From Zygnema circumcarinatum SAG 698-1b (Eukaryota; Plantae; Zygnematophyceae): 64,000 bases of DNA. Positions 60,958 to 64,000 of this stretch are shown here, piece by piece; the stretch's first letter is position 1; every line of letters starts with the position of its first letter. The notes under the pieces are model-generated. The model was not told where the DNA came from and searched no databases. It saw nothing but the letters and a program-made list of their open reading frames with translations. The stretch spans positions 1,674,001-1,738,000 of the forward strand of contig CM074820.1 of assembly GCA_037447605.1 (NCBI GenBank). The letters run 5' to 3'. A program made the position numbers and the translations under genes.

Positions 60958-62870
60958 CGNNNNNNNNNNTTCAAGAGGGTGGGTGGAGGGATGGGCTCAG
61001 GGACGGCCGGATCGTGGCAGAGGAGGGGAGCCGAGGGATTNNNNNNNNNNNNNNNNNNNNNNNNNNNNNNNNNNNNNNNNNNNNNNNNNNNNNNNNNNNN
61101 NNNNNNNNNNNNNNNNNNNNNNNNNNNNNNNNNNNNNNNNAAACAAAGGCTAGCGTGGCTACTTGAGGTCTTTGTCTGCTGACCTGCTTGGCGGCGTCCC
61201 GTCTTTGCGAAACTAATGAAAGGGTTGGGTTGGTTTGTGGAGTGCACTGCGGCCTTAGAGCGAGGATCGGGGATTGAGTGCAGCGTGAGCGTCAGGGATC
61301 ACGAAGATGTTCCCCATAGAACGAATTTCCGATGCGCCAAAGCCCCGCTTCGCCCAGAGAACTCTCTTCCCACATCTCTCACCAGTACGAATCTGCATTG
61401 AAGCTTAGTTATCATCGATTAAATTCTGGGATAAAAGCGTAGAGCGGTGGACAAGATGGCGGTTTCGCGTAAAGTGGCAATAAAGAGGCATGATCTGGCT
61501 TAGATAAAAAGGATTCGCATTTAAACTCACAATGTAGTTGGTAGGGAATATCATTCTGATAATTAATATACTCTTAAAATCTTTATCTATTTATTTGAAT
61601 AGAATGCGGATCTTGTCGTGAAGGCCTTCTGCATCTCTCTCTCTATCTGTAATGGAACTCTCTCTCTCTCTCTCTGTCTATGGCATGGAACTCTCTCTCT
61701 CTCTCTCTCTTACTTGGCATGCGTTCTTTGTGGCGGAAGAGGAAGGAAAAAGAAGAAAAAAGAACAAGAAGACAAACCACACAGCAAATACAAATACTAA
61801 GCCCAGCACTAAAAGACAAAACAGCATCACTGACATCCCATCTACTTAACTCTGACAATAGATCTTGAGTCCTAGCAGTGACAGCCTCTGATTGGCTAAC
61901 TGCCCACTGAGAGGCCTGACTGACTACGTGGAGCCTTCGGATAGGTCAACGAATGATTGTCGGCGGCCTCTGGCGGTGTTCCCGGGTGCGCCTTGCTGGA
62001 TGGTGTGCTGTTCCGTGGGCCGCCAACGCATGGCGCCGCCTTCTCTCAATCTCCGTTGGCAGCTCCTGGATTCCGTTGATCCATGACACGGAAGATGCAT
62101 ACGTCAAGTACAATCGAACTGACGCCAAGCCGTCGAACGCAGCTCCGTTACGCTACAACGATTTGGACGATAGTACAATGTGTACGGCGACTTCCCATAC
62201 GGCTTGACTGTCGTCTATTGATGGGCTGCTTTTGTAGCACGATCCTAAGTCGAATGGGATTGCGCCACGTGGACAATTGTTTGTCTTCTTGCAGTTTCTA
62301 TAGCCGTTTCACAGGTGTCGTGCTGTACCGTCCGTACCATTTGTGTACGAAGATCGTTTGTCGCTTTGTGACCTATGTCCTCCTGCAGGCGAGGAGCCCG
62401 GTTCTCGAAAGTTCTGAAGGTCAGTCAGTCCGAGCGGCAAGGAGAGTTTGAGTCTTACGCTTTTGATGAAAAAATTAAAAAAAAATTTAGGATTTCAGAA
62501 ATTTAGAATTTTCTTCGGATCTGGGTTCCTGAATAAAAACGGCAGTGAGTGGATTTTTTTTATGTAAAATTTTCTTTTCTTTTTTTACTATCAAGTTACA
62601 GCTGTTTTAGGGCTTAGTTGTCCTTTTTTCCTTGAACCCTTCCAATGCGGCTTCCGTCCAGTCCCCTTCTTTCCCCCTCCTCTGAACCCTAACTGCCAAC
62701 CCCCGTCCTATGACCTGCCGCCGTTTTACAGGTTCCATGCGCGAAATCCGTTAAATCTGACGATTTCCGTTCGCCAAACCGCAAATTTCCGTACTTTCGG
62801 CTCCACTCCTGTTTTCCGCATTCACCGTAATTTCTGTAACTTTTTTTTTTTTTGAGCCCGTGTCTAGCGA

Positions 62871-63647
62871 ATGGCGGATTCCGTCCCGGTGGTGCCATTA
62901 GAGGGCCCAGAAAAGAATTTTTTTTGCATGACCTGTGGAATTCAGTATGAGGCTGCGCTGGAGCCGCCGGAAAAATGCAAAATTTGCACGGACGACCGGC
63001 AATTTGTGGCGAGGTAAAAAAGAAAAAGAAATGGTATTATAAATGGGGGGGGGGGGAATGTATGCTGTTAAATTTAACAAGAGAAAAAATCTGGTTCCCT
63101 TTTTCTGGTTTAAATAAAATGAGGTTTAATGAAATTTAATCAAATGTTATCAAATTATAAGGGGGGGAGGGGGGGGGTGGATGGGTTCAGGGGCGGGCAG
63201 AAATGGACCACTCAGGCGGAGATCATTGAAGGAGGACATAGAAACTGTTTTCAGTTGGTGGAGCCGAACTTATTCGGAATCGGTACAACGCCGAGATTCG
63301 GAATAGGGCAGCGCGCGCTTTTGGTCAAAACGCCAGGTACTCTTTCTAAAAAATGGACCGTTTCTGTTCAGCTTTTGGATTTCGGTTTTTGCTTTTCTGT
63401 TCTTTTGTTTTCCCCTTTCCAACCTTCTCACACCTTTCTCTTTTTTTGATTTTTTTTTTTTTTTGGCAGAAGGCAACCTCCTGTGGGACTGCATCTCCCT
63501 CCTCGACGGGGCCACAATTGAAATTATTTCAGCTCTCGGCGGAATTCGCGCCATTGCAATTTCGCATCCTCACTATTACGCGAACAGCGCGGATTGGAGC
63601 GAGGCCTTTGGGAATGTCCCCATATACATCCACTCCTGGTGGGACAC
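62871..63647 (+). CDS. Metallo-beta-lactamase-fold hydrolase with N-terminal CxxC...CxxC, 3'-partial (exons 62871-63013, 63191-63336, 63470-63647, continuing)
   Basis: CMTCGIQY...CKICTDDRQFV|RGGQKWTT...FGIGQRALLVKTP|EGNLLWDCISLLD...GGIRAIAISHPHYY, joined in frame by GT-AG introns. Confidence 0.8.
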
Positions 63648-63683
63648 GTGGCTCTCTCTCTCTCTCTCTCACACTCTCTCTCT

Positions 63684-63717
<34 letters not shown>

Positions 63718-63733
63718 ACTTTCTCTCTCTCTT

Positions 63734-63861
<128 letters not shown>

Positions 63862-64000
63862 CCTCTCTCTCCCTCTCTCTTTCGAACCCATACATTTTCT
63901 CAAATGTCTCCATTTCTCAAACTTTTATCCATCTCTCAAACCTATACATATTTCCTTTTTGTCTTAATTTTTTTTTTTTACTTTACTTAGGGACGAAAAA

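Larger units (their letters stand above)
53325..62157 (-). mobile_element. Ty3/gypsy LTR retrotransposon locus, gapped and compound, with tandem LTR copies
   Basis: Outer termini TGTAGC (53325) and GCTACA (62157) are flanked by ACGA at 53321-24 and 62158-61. A complete 1024-bp LTR lies at 58484-59507. Gag with a zinc knuckle, RT (DGTLRFCGDYRKLN, YVDD), RNase H (HRPGRSHGNADGLSR) and integrase (AVDRYTKW, SDNGTEY, NGLAERTIQ) lie on the minus strand in gypsy order. Confidence 0.88.

Noticed and set aside
57921-62207. Repeated short ORFs (e.g. MSELSRWDV..., MANCPLRG..., MITRSLAKRL...)
   Set aside because: They recur only because they lie inside repeated LTR copies; there is no evidence that they are coding.

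Overview
Eukaryotic, intron-rich window with plant-like genes; a streptophyte green alga is my inference. Introns are packed with CT/GA microsatellites and telomere-like repeats, and many 10-n gaps limit confidence around repeats. I rebuilt the gene models by hand from splice sites, because most of the supplied ORFs are microsatellite artefacts. Left to right: (1) DEAD-box helicase RH42/Prp5 (-, runs off the left edge). (2) A 12-exon gene fusing an allophanate-hydrolase-C-terminal-like domain to a bacterial-type biuret hydrolase (BiuH) (-). (3) Two inverted, divergently transcribed paralogues of a secreted nucleoside-phosphorylase/nucleosidase-fold protein; the left copy is broken by a full-length Ty1/copia element, and the pair brackets a GT10 alpha-1,3/4-fucosyltransferase. 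(4) A GT4 glycosyltransferase whose first intron is a head-to-head telomere-repeat array. (5) An intronless orphan ORF ending in an EAR-like DLELHL motif. (6) Several MITE/foldback elements. (7) BRCC36 with an AT-AC U12 intron. (8) A gapped Ty3/gypsy locus with tandem LTRs. (9) The start of a metallo-beta-lactamase-fold hydrolase. The most notable items are the AH-C::BiuH fusion and the duplicated secreted nucleosidase-like genes beside it, which together suggest a nitrogen-scavenging role.
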